The translations under genes and the position numbers were made by a program. Below, piece by piece: positions 63,281-64,000 of a stretch of 64,000 nt of DNA (within the stretch, counting starts at the first letter, position 1; each line of letters starts with the position of its first letter). The notes under the pieces are model-generated. The model was not told the origin of the DNA, made no database searches, and saw only the letters and a program-made list of their open reading frames with translations. The stretch is taken from assembly GCA_963514005.1 (NCBI GenBank), contig OY740814.1, forward strand, positions 18,538,001 through 18,602,000. The letters run 5' to 3'. Source of the DNA: Raja brachyura (Eukaryota).

Positions 63281-63473
63281 TAACTCTGGGTCAGGCAGCA
63301 TCTGCTGAGGGGCATGGATAGATGACTTTTCAGGTCTTCAGATGCCCTTCAGTGTCAGAGTCTGAAGAAGGGCCCTGATCCGGAATGTCACCAGTCCATT
63401 CCCTGCACACACGCTGCCTGACCCATTGAGTTTCTGCAGCATTTTCATTTTTGCTCAAGATTCCACCATCTTG

Positions 63474-63757
63474 GCATGAGTGTGCCTCAGGGGCGCTGCC
63501 TCACAGCGCCAGAGACATGGTTTCGATCCTGACTACTGATGCTGTCGTTACGGAGTTTGCACGTTCTCCCTGTGACTGAGTTCTCCGGTTTCCTCCAACA
63601 CTGCAAAGACGTACGTGCAGGTTTGTAGGTTAATTGGTTTCAGTTTTTTAAAAATTGGAAGTTGTCCCTAGTGGGTAGGATAGGGCTAGTATAGGGGGAT
63701 CGTTGGTCGATGGGTGGAAGGGCCTGTTTCCCTGCTGTATCTCTAAAATAAACTAAA
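63474..63757 (+). mobile_element. HE1-like V-SINE
   Basis: B-box TTCGATCC, V-domain, tail GCTGTATCTCTAAAATAAACTAAA; preceded by an inverted PLE repeat at 63285-63470. Confidence 0.88.
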
Positions 63758-63894
63758 TCTTCAGGTCCTTGTGCCTGCCATATCTTTAACCAGAGACCTG
63801 TGGAATTTATGTCCCTGCTGCAATTAATTTTAATCCTGTTTGTGCCTCCAATTCCCAGTGGCTAATCATCATTCTTGCAGACTGCAAGATGATT

Positions 63895-64000
63895 CAATAG
63901 TGAAAGGCTTGCATAGAGGGGATGTGGAACGGATATTTCAACTAGTGGGAGAGTATAGGACTAGAGGTCATAGCCGCAGAATTAAAGAATGTTCTTTTAG
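63895..64000 (+). mobile_element. CR1 LINE fragment (runs off the window)
   Basis: IVKGLHRGDVERIFQLVGEYRTRGHS.RIK. Confidence 0.8.

Noticed and set aside
56000-64000. CALML4 expected convergent to PIAS1 from human synteny
   Set aside because: No EF-hand or CALML4-like exon was recognised on the minus strand; the TNIPPEDYY segment at about 57770 is not a convincing match. TBLASTN would decide.

Overview
AT-rich, repeat-dense vertebrate genomic DNA, most likely from a skate or ray, judging by HE1-like V-SINEs, HER1/CR1 LINE tails and Deu-domain SINEs. The + strand carries the 3' part of PIAS1 (SUMO E3 ligase): 12 coding exons matching human exons 3-14, at 15258-53009, all GT-AG and in frame, encoding the PINIT, SP-RING, SIM/acidic and C-terminal S/T-rich regions. 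A transposon-free 3' UTR of about 2.85 kb probably follows. Positions 1-15257 are intron 2; exons 1-2 lie outside the window. Introns and the 3' flank hold CR1/HER1 and Rex1/Babar LINE fragments, SINEs, PIF/Harbinger-type MITEs and Penelope-like element (PLE) fragments. The most notable signal is about 15 short PLE-derived repeats carrying a minimal type I hammerhead ribozyme motif (CUGANGA-A-GGGU[CUCG]ACCC-GAAA-CGUC). They occur as solo insertions with target-site duplications, as fold-back inverted pairs, and as a tandem pair flanking a GIY-YIG endonuclease fragment, several of them sense to the PIAS1 pre-mRNA. Almost all ORFs in the supplied track are spurious or TE-derived. All family assignments and human comparisons are from recall, not from searches.
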